Assembly: GCA_043810865.1 (NCBI GenBank)
Contig: JBDRNS010000005.1
Location: 2,821-66,820, forward strand
From: an archaeon
Lineage (GTDB): Archaea > Nanobdellota > Nanobdellia > Pacearchaeales > GW2011-AR1
Direction: 5' to 3'
DNA length: 64,000 nt
The translations under genes were made by a program, and so were the position numbers. A model generated the notes under the pieces. The model did no database searches and had not been told where the DNA came from. It worked only from the letters and a program-made list of their open reading frames with translations. This document shows, piece by piece, positions 21,318 through 31,496 of the stretch; position 1 is the first letter of the stretch, and the number at the start of each line of letters is the position of its first letter.

Positions 21318-22038
21318 TTGCTTCGTCATATGTCTCTTTGCTTCCGATGTCATACCACTTTCCATCTAATTTGAAAGAATATAATTTTTTCCCTTTTGAA
21401 AGAAAATACATAATAAGATATCCTGGGCCGTCTTTTGAATTGTCTGTTTTCATGTATTCTTCTATATCCTTGATATTTTCTTTTTTGAATACATAAATTC
21501 CCGTTGATATCAAAGTTGATTTGGGATTTTCCGGTTTTTCTTCCATTGAAATTATTTCATTATTCTCAACTTCAAGGACACCAAATTTTCTTGCTTTCTC
21601 TAGGGATTTCAAATCGTAAACTCCAACAACCATATTTTTTTTATCCCTGAAAAAATCAACAATTTTGTCCAGGTCGGAACCAAACAGATTATCTCCGAGA
21701 ATAACTAAGAAATCATCATTTATTTTTTCTTTTTCAATTGCGAACCATAAGTCACCCAAGCCGCCGAGTCGTGTTTCATTTGTCGTTGTTCCGTCATTAA
21801 CTATCTTAACCGGTTTTTTGAAGTTTTCTTTGTTTTGATTGAACCACCAAACAAAGTCCATGTAGAACTTGTCATTTGTTACTATGAGTATTTCGTCTAT
21901 TTCCTTTACTTTCCCGATTTTCTCGATAGCATAGTTCAGAACGGGTTTTCCAGAAACAGGGAGGAGACATTTTGGCTTGTCCAGCGTCAGAGGATAAAGC
22001 CGTGTCGCGTATCCTGCGCATAGAATCACTGCTTTCAT
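21286..22038 (-). CDS. NDP-sugar pyrophosphorylase / nucleotidyltransferase
   Basis: [32 protein letters not shown]. Confidence 0.9.
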   Translation of the reverse strand: MKAVILCAGYATRLYPLTLDKPKCLLPVSGKPVLNYAIEKIGKVKEIDEILIVTNDKFYMDFVWWFNQNKENFKKPVKIVNDGTTTNETRLGGLGDLWFAIEKEKINDDFLVILGDNLFGSDLDKIVDFFRDKKNMVVGVYDLKSLEKARKFGVLEVENNEIISMEEKPENPKSTLISTGIYVFKKENIKDIEEYMKTDNSKDGPGYLIMYFLSKGKKLYSFKLDGKWYDIGSKETYDEANENWENNSGN

Positions 22039-22123
22039 AACCAGTCATAAAAAAACAAAGTTAAAAAGTTTATGAATGTGAATAAAATTAATATAAAATA
22101 ATAAAAATAAAAAATGTTAAGCC

Positions 22124-22285
22124 CTATCTTCTTTTCTTCTTTTTAGCAGGCTTTTTCTTTTTTGTCATCTTTTTCTTCTTTCCGCCACGAGCCATTCTTG
22201 CTTCGCAGACGTTACCCTTTCCATCAACATAGTAAAGATGTCCAGGTTTTCTTTTGACAACATTTTTGACAACTACTTTTCCCAT
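22124..22285 (-). CDS. small basic chromatin protein, CC1-like (53 aa, not in ORF track)
   Basis: MGKVVVKNVVKRKPGHLYYVDGKGNVCEARMARGG + Lys-rich tail; SD AGGAGGT 3 nt upstream of ATG. Confidence 0.8.
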   Translation of the reverse strand: MGKVVVKNVVKRKPGHLYYVDGKGNVCEARMARGGKKKKMTKKKKPAKKKKRR

Positions 22286-22309
22286 TTTACCTCCTTTTAT
22301 TTTATGATT

Positions 22310-22672
22310 TTAACAAACTAACGGTATATTTAAATCTTTCTTATCGACGAAGAAATTAGTAATTTTCCTGTTCTTATTGTTCAATGGTATTTCAATTAAT
22401 TTGTTAAATGGTTTTTTTGAATTTACATTTAAGTTAAATGGTTTTATGATTCTTGTTTCCAAAACTTTATTTTTTTCGCTGAGCCAGATTGCAAGAAACG
22501 GAAAAAACACAAATAAGGAATGTATTTGCATTTGTGTTTTTTTGTGGAATTCAAACAACAAATTTTCTGTATTTCTGGATTTGAACATTAATCCCAAGAA
22601 TTTTCCAAGAAAAGAAACCTTTTTCACAGGAATTTTTATTGTTTTATTTTTAAAAGAGATTTTTATTTCCAT
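22310..22672 (-). CDS. DUF192 family protein
   Basis: GLMF, IHSLFVFFPFLAIWL, IEIP. Confidence 0.8.
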   Translation of the reverse strand: MEIKISFKNKTIKIPVKKVSFLGKFLGLMFKSRNTENLLFEFHKKTQMQIHSLFVFFPFLAIWLSEKNKVLETRIIKPFNLNVNSKKPFNKLIEIPLNNKNRKITNFFVDKKDLNIPLVC

Positions 22673-23037
22673 TTTTTAAGCTTTCATATTTTTTATAGTA
22701 GAGGTTTACATTTTTATCGCAGACAAAATCATGATGCTTGAATCCGCCGCCGAATGTTTTTGGGATATGCATTAATTCGTGCAGAATTACCTTTATTTTT
22801 TCTTTTTCATTCATCTTATCAAACCTCTCAGAAATGAATTCAAGCGCGTAATGCGCTTTTACGTCAAGGGCTTTTTGCATTAATTTTTCCCAGAGCATGA
22901 CAACGGGCAATTGTTCCCCTTGATGAACTTCCGAAACTTCTGAAGCATTTTACTCTGTCAAGTTTTATGTGGGGAAACAATGCACGAGAAATTTCTTCCG
23001 CAGTTTTTTGCAAGTCAGGAGCAGATTCATATTTCAT
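22650..23037 (-). pseudogene. HEXXH metallopeptidase, frameshifted at A5 run (22884-22888)
   Basis: MKYESAPDLQ...TIARCHALGK in one frame continues LMQKAL...ILHELMHIP in the +1 frame. Confidence 0.7.
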
Positions 23038-23038
23038 T

Positions 23039-23524
23039 TTAAAATAAATTAATCCATTTTTTCATTTCTTTTAATACTTCATCTGATTTTGTGCTGATTA
23101 ATTTCAAAACATCTTTTTTAGTAAACCACCTGATTTCCGCGACTTCTTCTCTGCTATAACTAAAATTATTGATATCTTTATCCAGTTTTAAATAAAACCA
23201 TTGAGTGAAATGGTTGTAATTCCCTTTCACTAGTTCTTTAATTCCTTTTTTTGGTTTGATATTTTTTAATTCTAATTCTTCTTCAGCTTCTTTAATAATA
23301 TTACTTTCATAAGTTTCTTTATCTTCAACAGTTCCTGCTACAGCCGGTCCCCATTTTCCAGGGTTTTGTTTTTTAGTTAATGCTCTTCTTGCCAGGAGTA
23401 TTTTGCCTTTTGAATTAGTTATCCATAACGCTGAGACCCTGTAAATGTCTTTTTTGTAATTTAATTTTTCTCTATCTTTTACCTTTATAATCTCATCATT
23501 TTCATTAACGATTGGTATTTTCAT
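23039..23524 (-). CDS. NUDIX hydrolase (IDI-like)
   Basis: ILLARRA..PGKWGPAVAG..EAEEEL. Confidence 0.85.
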   Translation of the reverse strand: MKIPIVNENDEIIKVKDREKLNYKKDIYRVSALWITNSKGKILLARRALTKKQNPGKWGPAVAGTVEDKETYESNIIKEAEEELELKNIKPKKGIKELVKGNYNHFTQWFYLKLDKDINNFSYSREEVAEIRWFTKKDVLKLISTKSDEVLKEMKKWINLF

Positions 23525-23730
23525 TTTATTTCAACAATTTTATTTTTGCTGTTTAATCCTGAATTTATTTTAACCGGCTTATTAAAATACTTTTGTAATA
23601 ACTTGACTAGTGCAATATTTGCTCTGTTGTTAATTGGCTTTTCTTTTATCCAAACTTCATATTCCATTTCATTTATTCTACTAATTTTTTCTTGCGAGGA
23701 GTTTGGGTGAAGTTTAATGCGGAGTTTCAT
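23521..23730 (-). CDS. DUF167 (YggU/UPF0235) protein
   Basis: KLHPNS, PINNRAN, SGLNSKNK; start reset to ATG 23730. Confidence 0.85.
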   Translation of the reverse strand: MKLRIKLHPNSSQEKISRINEMEYEVWIKEKPINNRANIALVKLLQKYFNKPVKINSGLNSKNKIVEIK

Positions 23731-24200
23731 CTTTTCCATGGTTCTTTGTAATGGCGTCCAAGTGCATTGTAGATTTCCCTCTCTGTTTTTCCAGCAATCC
23801 GATGTCCTGTTTTTCTGCTGAACAATCCGTGCTGTGTAAGTTTCATTCCTTTCATTCTTGCAACAACTCTTAATCCAATTCCGGAGCCCTTTTTGCTTGA
23901 ATACGCGAGAAGTTCTGCACCCCATTCTTCGGGATTTGTGTAGTAAAGTTCAACTTTAATTCCTTCAATTTTCCAGGTTGATTCGCGCTCGCCACCCTGC
24001 AAATATTTGTATTTTTTCTTCAGAAATTCTTCAAGTTTTCTTCTATTTTTTGGAATAAGCACAATGTCAATGTCTTTTGGATTTTCTTCTTTTCTCCGTA
24101 TGCTTCCGACAATTTGAATTCTTCTGCAGTAAGGTTTTAACTGGGCGATAATTTTTTTTGAGAGTGCAAGAACATGATTGCCCCTTTTTTTCCCAGACAT
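23727..24200 (-). CDS. minimal family X DNA polymerase-like protein (palm + thumb only)
   Basis: VGSIRR, DIDIV, GAELLAYS, KGMKLTQHGL, TEREIYNALG..Y..PWKR. Confidence 0.8.
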   Translation of the reverse strand: MSGKKRGNHVLALSKKIIAQLKPYCRRIQIVGSIRRKEENPKDIDIVLIPKNRRKLEEFLKKKYKYLQGGERESTWKIEGIKVELYYTNPEEWGAELLAYSSKKGSGIGLRVVARMKGMKLTQHGLFSRKTGHRIAGKTEREIYNALGRHYKEPWKR

Positions 24201-24239
24201 AAATCTTTAAAAGAGTTTGTGCTTATAAATTTTCTTAGA

Positions 24240-24860
24240 ATGATAATTATTTTTATCGGGATTCAGGGGAGCGGGAAAGGGACACAGGCAAAACTGCTTG
24301 CAGATAAACTTAAAATCCCGGGCATTTCCACCGGCGATGTTCTCAGAAGCGTGGAGGGAAAACTGAAAGAAAAAGTTGATAATGTGATGAACAGAGGAGA
24401 ACTTCTTTCTGCTGACTTAGTCATGGAATTGCTTAAGGAAAGAATTTCAAACAAAGATTGCAAAAACGGATTTATACTCGACGGGTTTCCGAGAGATCTT
24501 GAGCAGGCGGAGAAATTTGATGCAAATCTTGATGCGGATTTTATTATTGAACTTGAAATTTCAGACAAGGAGGTTTTCAGGCGACTGGAAGGAAGACGTT
24601 TGTGTCCGAAGTGCGGGAGAGGATATAATGTTGTAACATCTCCAAAGCCCAAGAAAGATAATCTGTGTGATATTGACGGTGCTGAACTTGTCAGGAGAGC
24701 AGATGATACAGAGGATTCCATAAAAAAGAGAATAGAAATTTATCATGAAGAAACCGAGCCGATTTTGAAACGCTACAAGGATAAAATTATAAAGATAAAC
24801 GGTGAGCAAAAGATTGAAAATATTTTTGAAGATATTCTTGAGAAACTGAGAATAAAATAA
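24240..24860 (+). CDS. adk: adenylate kinase
   Basis: GIQGSGKGTQ, STGD, LDGFPR, Zn lid CPKC..CDID, RADD. Confidence 0.95.
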   Translation: MIIIFIGIQGSGKGTQAKLLADKLKIPGISTGDVLRSVEGKLKEKVDNVMNRGELLSADLVMELLKERISNKDCKNGFILDGFPRDLEQAEKFDANLDADFIIELEISDKEVFRRLEGRRLCPKCGRGYNVVTSPKPKKDNLCDIDGAELVRRADDTEDSIKKRIEIYHEETEPILKRYKDKIIKINGEQKIENIFEDILEKLRIK

Positions 24861-26057
24861 TTATCGTGTTATGATTTCCAGTGCATCCCTGTGTTTCAGC
24901 TTGTAATCTTTTCCCAAAGCTTTTTTGCTGCGTGCATCAATTGCTTTTATGAAATTTTTCCCGAAGTCGGTGTGAAGGAAATATGCAAAGTTCAGTGCAG
25001 TGGAATTTTGAGGTAGAAGAAAGCAATCAGGGAGGACATTTCCTTTTGAGTCCGCGAGTTTATTTGCTCCGGCGGGAAAAATTGCAATGTATTTTAATAA
25101 TTCAAAAACAGCTTTGTTTAAGATGTTCTGAACTCCTGTGCCAAACTCGTATTTTTCCAGCACACTTTCTTTTATTTTTTCAAGGGCGTTTTTTTGTTTT
25201 TCATTTAGAGATTTCAAAATTTTGAAATCTTTTTCTCCGGGAATGTATTCAATCAATCCTGTTTTTGCCGCCTGCCTTAATGCAAGTTCTGAATCAGCAC
25301 TACAAGGGATAATTATTTGTTCAGGGAATTTTTCCTTTAGTTTTTTATAATTCACAATCCCAAGTTCAGTATCAATTTTATTTGCAGCAATAATCATCGG
25401 CTTGGTTTCTTTTCTTAATTTTGATGCAAATGCAAGAATTTCATTTTCTTTCCATACAGAAGGTTTTTGCGAGAAATTTAATTTCAGCAAGACATCTTTT
25501 ACATGCTCTTCTTTGACTTTCAATCCTGAGAATTGCTTTGCAACTGCTTCTGAGAAATTTCCTTCAATTTCTGCTTTTTTTGAGAAACTTTTCCATGCTT
25601 TCATGAAAATATTGTAATACCATTTATTCAGTTCATCTTCAAGAAATAAAATATCTTTTGAGACATCATAGCTGCCATGTGTTAAAGGTTTCCCTTCTTC
25701 ATTTGTTTTTCCGGAGCAGTCAACAATGTGGATAAAAACATCGGCGTTTCTTAAATCGTCGAGGAACTGGTTTCCAAGCCCTTTGCCTTCGCTGGCTCCC
25801 GGAACCAAACCGGCAACGTCCATTAAATCAACAGGAACAAATCTCCAGTGATTTATGCAGAAGCCATGATTTGGATTGCATTGTGTTTTGAATTCCTTGT
25901 CTATGCATTCCACTTTTACATATCCCATTCCGTGGTTTGGTTTTATTGTTGTGAAAGGATAAGATGCGATTTCAACTTCTGCCAAAGTCGCTGCCTTGAA
26001 AAAAGTGCTTTTTCCTACAGAAGGTTTTCCGACAAGTCCAATTAACATAGTATTCAT
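24861..26057 (-). CDS. ychF: YchF/Obg-like translation-associated GTPase
   Basis: [31 protein letters not shown] domain. Confidence 0.93.
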   Translation of the reverse strand: MNTMLIGLVGKPSVGKSTFFKAATLAEVEIASYPFTTIKPNHGMGYVKVECIDKEFKTQCNPNHGFCINHWRFVPVDLMDVAGLVPGASEGKGLGNQFLDDLRNADVFIHIVDCSGKTNEEGKPLTHGSYDVSKDILFLEDELNKWYYNIFMKAWKSFSKKAEIEGNFSEAVAKQFSGLKVKEEHVKDVLLKLNFSQKPSVWKENEILAFASKLRKETKPMIIAANKIDTELGIVNYKKLKEKFPEQIIIPCSADSELALRQAAKTGLIEYIPGEKDFKILKSLNEKQKNALEKIKESVLEKYEFGTGVQNILNKAVFELLKYIAIFPAGANKLADSKGNVLPDCFLLPQNSTALNFAYFLHTDFGKNFIKAIDARSKKALGKDYKLKHRDALEIITR

Positions 26058-26132
26058 CTGAAGAGTAATTATTTAAATTTATTTCTTAAGTTAGTTCATT
26101 AACAATTCCACACAAAAATTTATTCTGCTTAA

Positions 26133-26385
26133 TTTGTTTCCTTCTACTCACGACCTAATTTTTTCTCTTATTAAATTGTTCCCACCCACCTCAAAAACAA
26201 ATTAATTAATAATGAAATTCTTGAAGAATAATAATCTCTACCACAAAGTTGCTTGCCCACCCAAAGAACTTTTTTAACTAATTTTCACCCACCCGAAATT
26301 TGTCTCACTCGCAAACTCACCCGAATTGATAATTTAAAATTTAATAGAGAAAGTTTTTTAGTAGGAACATTAGAGGTTGCAGGAT
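26133..26385 (+). repeat. dispersed repeat element, copy E (composite, degenerate)
   Basis: CTCACGA, TTGTTCCCACCCACC, two more CCCACCC, TTTGTCTCACTCGCAAACTCACCCGAATTGATAA, TTAGAGGTTGC. Confidence 0.75.
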
Positions 26386-26440
26386 TACTAGAAAATTGCT
26401 TATTTAGATTAGAAGAATCTGTTAAAATTTTTTAAGAAAT

Positions 26441-26719
26441 TTATTCACAAAATTTTTCTTTTACTTCTTCATCTCTTAAGTCATTCCAGCCAGAAGGCAT
26501 TTGCACTGCGAAACCTGTCGGAGTAATTTTTAGAATTTTATCCTTGTTGCACTGAATCTCGTAATCCTCGCAAAAATTGTTTTTGTCGCAAATTGCTTTT
26601 GTGTGGGAATGGAAATAATTTTCAGACGCTTCTGCAGTGATAATTTTTATTGCACTGAATGTTAAAATCCCGATTAGGACTGTTAAAAATACAATTACTG
26701 CAAAATTTATTTTTTTCAT
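26441..26719 (-). CDS. small exported Cys-containing protein
   Basis: signal/TM helix, TKAIC..CEDYEIQC..ITPTG. Confidence 0.75.
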   Translation of the reverse strand: MKKINFAVIVFLTVLIGILTFSAIKIITAEASENYFHSHTKAICDKNNFCEDYEIQCNKDKILKITPTGFAVQMPSGWNDLRDEEVKEKFCE

Positions 26720-26754
26720 AAAAATGAAACAGAAAAAGTGTTTTTAAAGGTTAT

Positions 26755-27081
26755 CTAAATATCATCAAGCTCGGATTTTATCTTCTGGACTTTTGAGAGC
26801 TTGTCTGATAATCTTTCTTCTCTCATGCCTATATTCTTTTTCTTTTCTTTAAGCGCGGCTTCGCGTTCAAGAAGTGCCGCGATTCTTTTTTGCAATTCCT
26901 TTTCAAACGCCATAAAGTTTCTCAAACTTTTGTCGGAATTCTTAATCTGGTCTCCAAGGCGCTTTTTTTCCTTGTTTATGTTTGCAATTTCCCTGTTAAG
27001 ATCAAGAAGAGCTTCTCGTATCATTCCTTTTTTGCCCTTTTTTGTTTTTGCAACTCTTTTTTTCACACTCTTTTTTTTCAT
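26755..27081 (-). CDS. basic coiled-coil hypothetical protein
   Basis: Lys-rich N-terminus, heptad pattern. Confidence 0.7.
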   Translation of the reverse strand: MKKKSVKKRVAKTKKGKKGMIREALLDLNREIANINKEKKRLGDQIKNSDKSLRNFMAFEKELQKRIAALLEREAALKEKKKNIGMREERLSDKLSKVQKIKSELDDI

Positions 27082-27104
27082 TATTAAGTTAAACCTAAAG
27101 GATT

Positions 27105-28364
27105 TTATAAAGATTTTCTTTTAATTTTTCTTGTGGCTGACTGGATTCTGGAACTTCCTTTTTTGTAGGAATCTCTGCTTATGTATCCTTCCGAATACGC
27201 TTCTTTCAACGCGCCGAGTTTTAGCTTTAATTCGCGACTTATTTCCGCCGACTTGAGCGCTTTCGGATAAATTTCTCTTCTCCATTTTCTCAACTTTTTT
27301 TCGACGGTTTTCCTGTTCTTTTTGTTTTTTATTTTTCTTAGTTCGCTTCTCTGTTCTTTTTGCTGTTTTTTTATTTCGTTGATTACCTTGTCTTTTGCAC
27401 CCCTGAATTCCGCGAGAATTATTTTCTTTTGCTTTTCTGTTTTTGCTTTTCTCAACAGCTCTCTTTTTTGCTGGTCTATATTTTCTGAATAGAATTTTAT
27501 TTCAGATGAATGCTGTCTTTTGAGTTCTGTAAAAAGCTTGTTTCTTTCATTTACAATGTAGATTATTATGATTACCATTATCAGCAAGAACACGGCAACC
27601 ATGAGCGTGAAGAAATTCATTTCAGAAAGCGGAGGAATTATTCTTCTTTCAACGACGCTGAACAAATAACTTGAAGTGCTTGTTCTGTCCTCTGATTTTG
27701 CGACAACTGCAAATACATAATTTCCTGAAGGGGTGTTTTTTGGAATCGGAATTGTTTTTGTTACAGATGATTTTGAGCCGACGCTGATTGTGTTTGTCTC
27801 TGAATTTATTATCTCTCCTTTTGTATTCAAGATTTTGTAAACAATTTCAATTTGGTGGTTTCTTGTATCTTTTATGTTGAAGAAATTTATTCCGGCAGTT
27901 ATTTCCCCGTTTCTGTTCACTTCCTTGTATTTTGGACTAACGTCGAGATTTATTGCGAATATGGGGTCCTTTGACTGAATTTCAAGGATAACAGGAATTA
28001 TTTCTTCGCTGATTCCTGAGATTTTCAGAGAGCCGACATAAACATCCGGCATTATGTTTGTATTGTTAAATATGGCTTTAACTTCTGCTGACTCATCAAT
28101 TTCCAGATGAAATGATTTCTCCCCGACAAAAATAAGATTTTCCAAATCAATAATTTCTACGGTGAAATCTTTCGCTTCATTTAAGTTTATTACTTTGAAA
28201 CTTGTTGTCAAATCCTCGTTTTGTTTTACCACTGATTTTAAGAATATGTGGTCTACATAGAAGTTTTTGTCTTCTTTTGAATAGAAATTATAGTATACAA
28301 AACCGATTGCAATTATTATTACAAATGCAACTGCTAAAATCAGGAAAATATTTTTCTTCACCAT
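27105..28364 (-). CDS. membrane protein with Ig-like extracellular domains and basic cytoplasmic coiled coil
   Basis: two TM segments, PDVYVGSL and PSGNY beta-sandwich motifs. Confidence 0.75.
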   Translation of the reverse strand: MVKKNIFLILAVAFVIIIAIGFVYYNFYSKEDKNFYVDHIFLKSVVKQNEDLTTSFKVINLNEAKDFTVEIIDLENLIFVGEKSFHLEIDESAEVKAIFNNTNIMPDVYVGSLKISGISEEIIPVILEIQSKDPIFAINLDVSPKYKEVNRNGEITAGINFFNIKDTRNHQIEIVYKILNTKGEIINSETNTISVGSKSSVTKTIPIPKNTPSGNYVFAVVAKSEDRTSTSSYLFSVVERRIIPPLSEMNFFTLMVAVFLLIMVIIIIYIVNERNKLFTELKRQHSSEIKFYSENIDQQKRELLRKAKTEKQKKIILAEFRGAKDKVINEIKKQQKEQRSELRKIKNKKNRKTVEKKLRKWRREIYPKALKSAEISRELKLKLGALKEAYSEGYISRDSYKKGSSRIQSATRKIKRKSL

Positions 28365-28381
28365 CTTTTATTTTATAATGA

Positions 28382-29428
28382 TTATTTCCTTTTATAGTTT
28401 TTCGCTATGATGATTAGCACTATTAATATCAGAATCGCTGCGAGCAGTTCTATTACAATTATGAAATTCGGGGCTTTTATTTCCGGGCTGTAAACACTGA
28501 ACTGGGCGCTTGCTGTTGCGATTCCTCCAGAATAAATTACTTCTGCTCCAAGAAGATAATCTCCAATAGGAAGGGAAGTTGAGTCAAATATTTTCTCATA
28601 ACTTTTTTCTTTTAAGACGGCGAGAGTTTCAGATTCTGTCAGGTAAATATTTCCGTCGAAGTCCTTTATTACGTATTCCATAACAACGTCCTGTTTTTCC
28701 TGAAGTCCTGCCTGAATCAAAGTTATCTGGCTTGTGAGAACATTTCCTTCCCTGATTCTTTTATTTGTTTCAGATAAGTCCACAGATATGTCAAACAAAC
28801 TTAATTCTGAGCCAACGTTTAATGCGAAGGGAACTTCAAGTTTTCTGCTTCCTGAAGTGAACACAATTTTGCCGGCATATATTCCCGGTTCGTTCGGAGG
28901 GATTATCAAAAACGGGAGAGTTTTTGTTTCGTATCCTGAGAGGGAAAATACTGTCTCTTCGAATAATAAAATTCCGTAAAGATTAGTCAAACTTATAACT
29001 ATGCTCAAGCTTTCTTCTCCAAGATTCGATAAAGAAATTTTTCCAGCGTCTTCAATTCCTGCTGTTGCAGGGATGTTAAATGAATTTGGGATTGCTCTCA
29101 GGACTGAAAAAGGAACAGTGGTTACTCCTGCCCCTCCACCTCCGCCACCACCTGTGCTGCCTCCTGGAGTTCCAGTATCACTTACTTCATTTTGACAAGT
29201 TGATGAACATCCGTCGCCATTTGCTGTTCCTCCGTCGTCGCACTGTTCTCCTGTGTCAATAATTCCGTCGCCGCAGATTAAATTTCTGAAGAAAAATCCT
29301 TCTGTGTAAGTGTCAGGACTTATAACAATGTTTGAATCTCCTCCTGAGTTTATCGAGAAAATATCTGCATTTACAAACTGCGAAAAAGCTATCGCGAGAA
29401 AGACAACCAAAAAGATTTTCAGCCCCAT
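28382..29428 (-). CDS. cell-surface protein with Cys-rich repeat (DUF4215-like), Gly linker and Ig-like domains
   Basis: signal peptide, CGDGIIDTGEQCDDG..GDGCSSTC, GGGGGGG, C-terminal TM. Confidence 0.8.
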   Translation of the reverse strand: MGLKIFLVVFLAIAFSQFVNADIFSINSGGDSNIVISPDTYTEGFFFRNLICGDGIIDTGEQCDDGGTANGDGCSSTCQNEVSDTGTPGGSTGGGGGGGAGVTTVPFSVLRAIPNSFNIPATAGIEDAGKISLSNLGEESLSIVISLTNLYGILLFEETVFSLSGYETKTLPFLIIPPNEPGIYAGKIVFTSGSRKLEVPFALNVGSELSLFDISVDLSETNKRIREGNVLTSQITLIQAGLQEKQDVVMEYVIKDFDGNIYLTESETLAVLKEKSYEKIFDSTSLPIGDYLLGAEVIYSGGIATASAQFSVYSPEIKAPNFIIVIELLAAILILIVLIIIAKNYKRK

Positions 29429-29502
29429 TTAAACTACATGTAATCTGCATTTAAATTTTTTCTTGTCGCAAGTTTTATAAATCGATTTGCGACTTTATCT
29501 AT

Positions 29503-29925
29503 ATGGGACTAAAAAACGCGATGAAAAAAGCGAAGAACCGAAAGAAGTTCAGATGGAAGGATAGAAAATACAAAGTGAAGACACTCAATCTTTATGCTAA
29601 GTCAGATCCTCTTGAGGGAAAGAGCCAGGCGAAGGGAATTGTTTTGCAGAAAATCCAAAAGGAAGCGAAACAGCCAAATTCAGCGATGAGAAAATGCTGC
29701 AAGGTTCAACTGAAAAAAAACGGGAAGCAGATTACTGCATTTATTCCGGGAAATCTTGCGCAGAAATTTATTGATGAACATGATGAAGTCATGGTTGAGA
29801 GAATCGGCGGAAAACAGGGAAGAAGCAAGGGAGACATTCCAGGAGTTAGGTTTCAAGTAATTAAAGTAAATGACCAGCCATTGCATTTGCTGTGGTTGGG
29901 AAAGATAGAGAAGGGAAGGAGATAA
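29503..29925 (+). CDS. rps12: 30S ribosomal protein S12 (uS12)
   Basis: [20 protein letters not shown]. Confidence 0.97.
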   Translation: MGLKNAMKKAKNRKKFRWKDRKYKVKTLNLYAKSDPLEGKSQAKGIVLQKIQKEAKQPNSAMRKCCKVQLKKNGKQITAFIPGNLAQKFIDEHDEVMVERIGGKQGRSKGDIPGVRFQVIKVNDQPLHLLWLGKIEKGRR

Positions 29926-30536
29926 TGGAACAAAAGCAAATTCAAATTTTCAAGGCATTTGATTTGTATGACTTGTCGGGAATTGAAATAAAGGACAAGG
30001 GGTTGAAGTCAGCGATAAATCTTGAGCCGAAACTTGTTCTTCAGAGTCATGGGAGAAATGTTCAGAGATTTGTGCAGAGCAAGATTAATATAATAGAACG
30101 ATTAATGAACAAGTTTTCTGTTGCAGGGCACAGGGGAAGAAAGCACAAGCTGATGATGGGGCATGCATCCGGGAAATATTCAAAGAACATGAAAATTATT
30201 CTTGAGGCATTTAAAATTGTAGAAAAGAGAACGGGGAAAAATCCTGTGCAGGTTCTTGTTACTGCGATTGAAAATGCGGCGCCGAGGGATGAAATAACTG
30301 TTATTGAATACGGGGGGGCGAGATATCCTCAGGCAGTTGATGTTTCTCCTTTAAGGAGAGTTAATGTTGCATTGAGAAATATTGTTCACGGCGCGGGAGA
30401 CAAAGCGTTCAACAAAAAGAAGAATATTGTTCAGAGTTTGGCAGAGGAAATTATTTTGGCGAGTGAAAACAACGGTGAGAGTTTTGCGGTGAGAAAAAAG
30501 AATGAGACAGAGAAGCAAGCCGATAGCGCGCGTTAA
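29925..30536 (+). CDS. rps7: 30S ribosomal protein S7 (uS7)
   Basis: NPVQVLVTAIENAAPR, AVDVSPLRRV; start ATG 29925. Confidence 0.96.
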   Translation: MEQKQIQIFKAFDLYDLSGIEIKDKGLKSAINLEPKLVLQSHGRNVQRFVQSKINIIERLMNKFSVAGHRGRKHKLMMGHASGKYSKNMKIILEAFKIVEKRTGKNPVQVLVTAIENAAPRDEITVIEYGGARYPQAVDVSPLRRVNVALRNIVHGAGDKAFNKKKNIVQSLAEEIILASENNGESFAVRKKNETEKQADSAR

Positions 30537-31188
30537 TTTCTCAGATAATCCCAGACAACATTTTCTTCGTCAGGATACAAGACAAGCATCTCACATTTAT
30601 TTTCGTAATTATATCCTTCTGAGATTTTATTTTTTATCTCTTCTTCACTTTCATTTTCCATGAGAAATTTTTTCCCATCTTTTTCTAAGACGTGTTCATT
30701 AATTATGTAATCTCTTTCCATGCAATTAAATTTATTCTTAAATAGATTTATTCCTTGCTTTGTTACACATAAGCCTGAAAATCCAATTATTTTAAGATTA
30801 GGATTTTTTTCTCTCAATTTTGAGGTGATTGCAGAAATTTGCTCAAGTGTTTTTTGTAGAATTCTCTTTCTTCAAAGAATTTTTCTATATGGTAAATGTG
30901 GATTCCAATTTCCTTATCTCTTGAATTATCAAAAATAGTTTCTTTGCTAAGTTCGGATTCTGCAAGCTCTCCATTTATCAGTTTTTCCCACCCTATTTTA
31001 TTCAGAGGAATTACGATGCACATTCCTGTGATTTTGTTATTTTCTTCAAAAATGATTCCAAATTCGGGATTTTTCTGAAACCATGAATCAAGTATTCTCG
31101 GAGTTACGGGATTTGGAGTAGGGTATACTTTTCTGTCGAGTTCAAGCAGTTTATCATAATCTTTCCTGTTTATTGCTCTTACATTCAT
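30533..31188 (-). pseudogene. GNAT-like acetyltransferase split by frameshift at A6 run (30850-30855)
   Basis: 124-aa GNAT-like N-part; -1 frame continues KTLEQISAITSKLREKNPNLKIIGFSGLCVT. Confidence 0.55.
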
Positions 31189-31249
31189 AAAGTTTGGAAG
31201 TAAAATGACTTATAAATTTTTCTTTTAATATCTTCTTATTTAATTTAAA

Positions 31250-31453
31250 TTGCGTTCGCTTAACTCACTATTGATAATTTTAAATCTTTTTATTGTAATT
31301 TGTTCCCACCCGCCCACCCTTCAAGAAAATTTTAATAAAGAGTATTTTTTAGCAAGGAGGTTAGAAGTTGCATGAAATTTATTTTCTTTTTTTAAATTAT
31401 TCCTACTTTACTCGTAAAAGCAATTATTGATAGCGAGATAAATAAGGCGAGCA
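31250..31453 (+). repeat. dispersed repeat element, copy F (G4 core 31305-31319)
   Basis: TTGCGTTCGCTTAACTCACTATTGATAA, TTGTTCCCACCCGCCCACCC, TTTTTTAGC..TTAGAAGTTGC, right GCGAG..GCGAGC. Confidence 0.8.
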
Positions 31454-31496
31454 ATGTTTCAACAAAATTTATAACCCTTTCTTTCTTTTTGGTTTT

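Noticed and set aside
29127..29170. C-rich tract CCCCTCCACCTCCGCCACCACC as another element copy
   Set aside because: Encodes an ordinary poly-Gly linker of a surface protein and lacks the other element modules.
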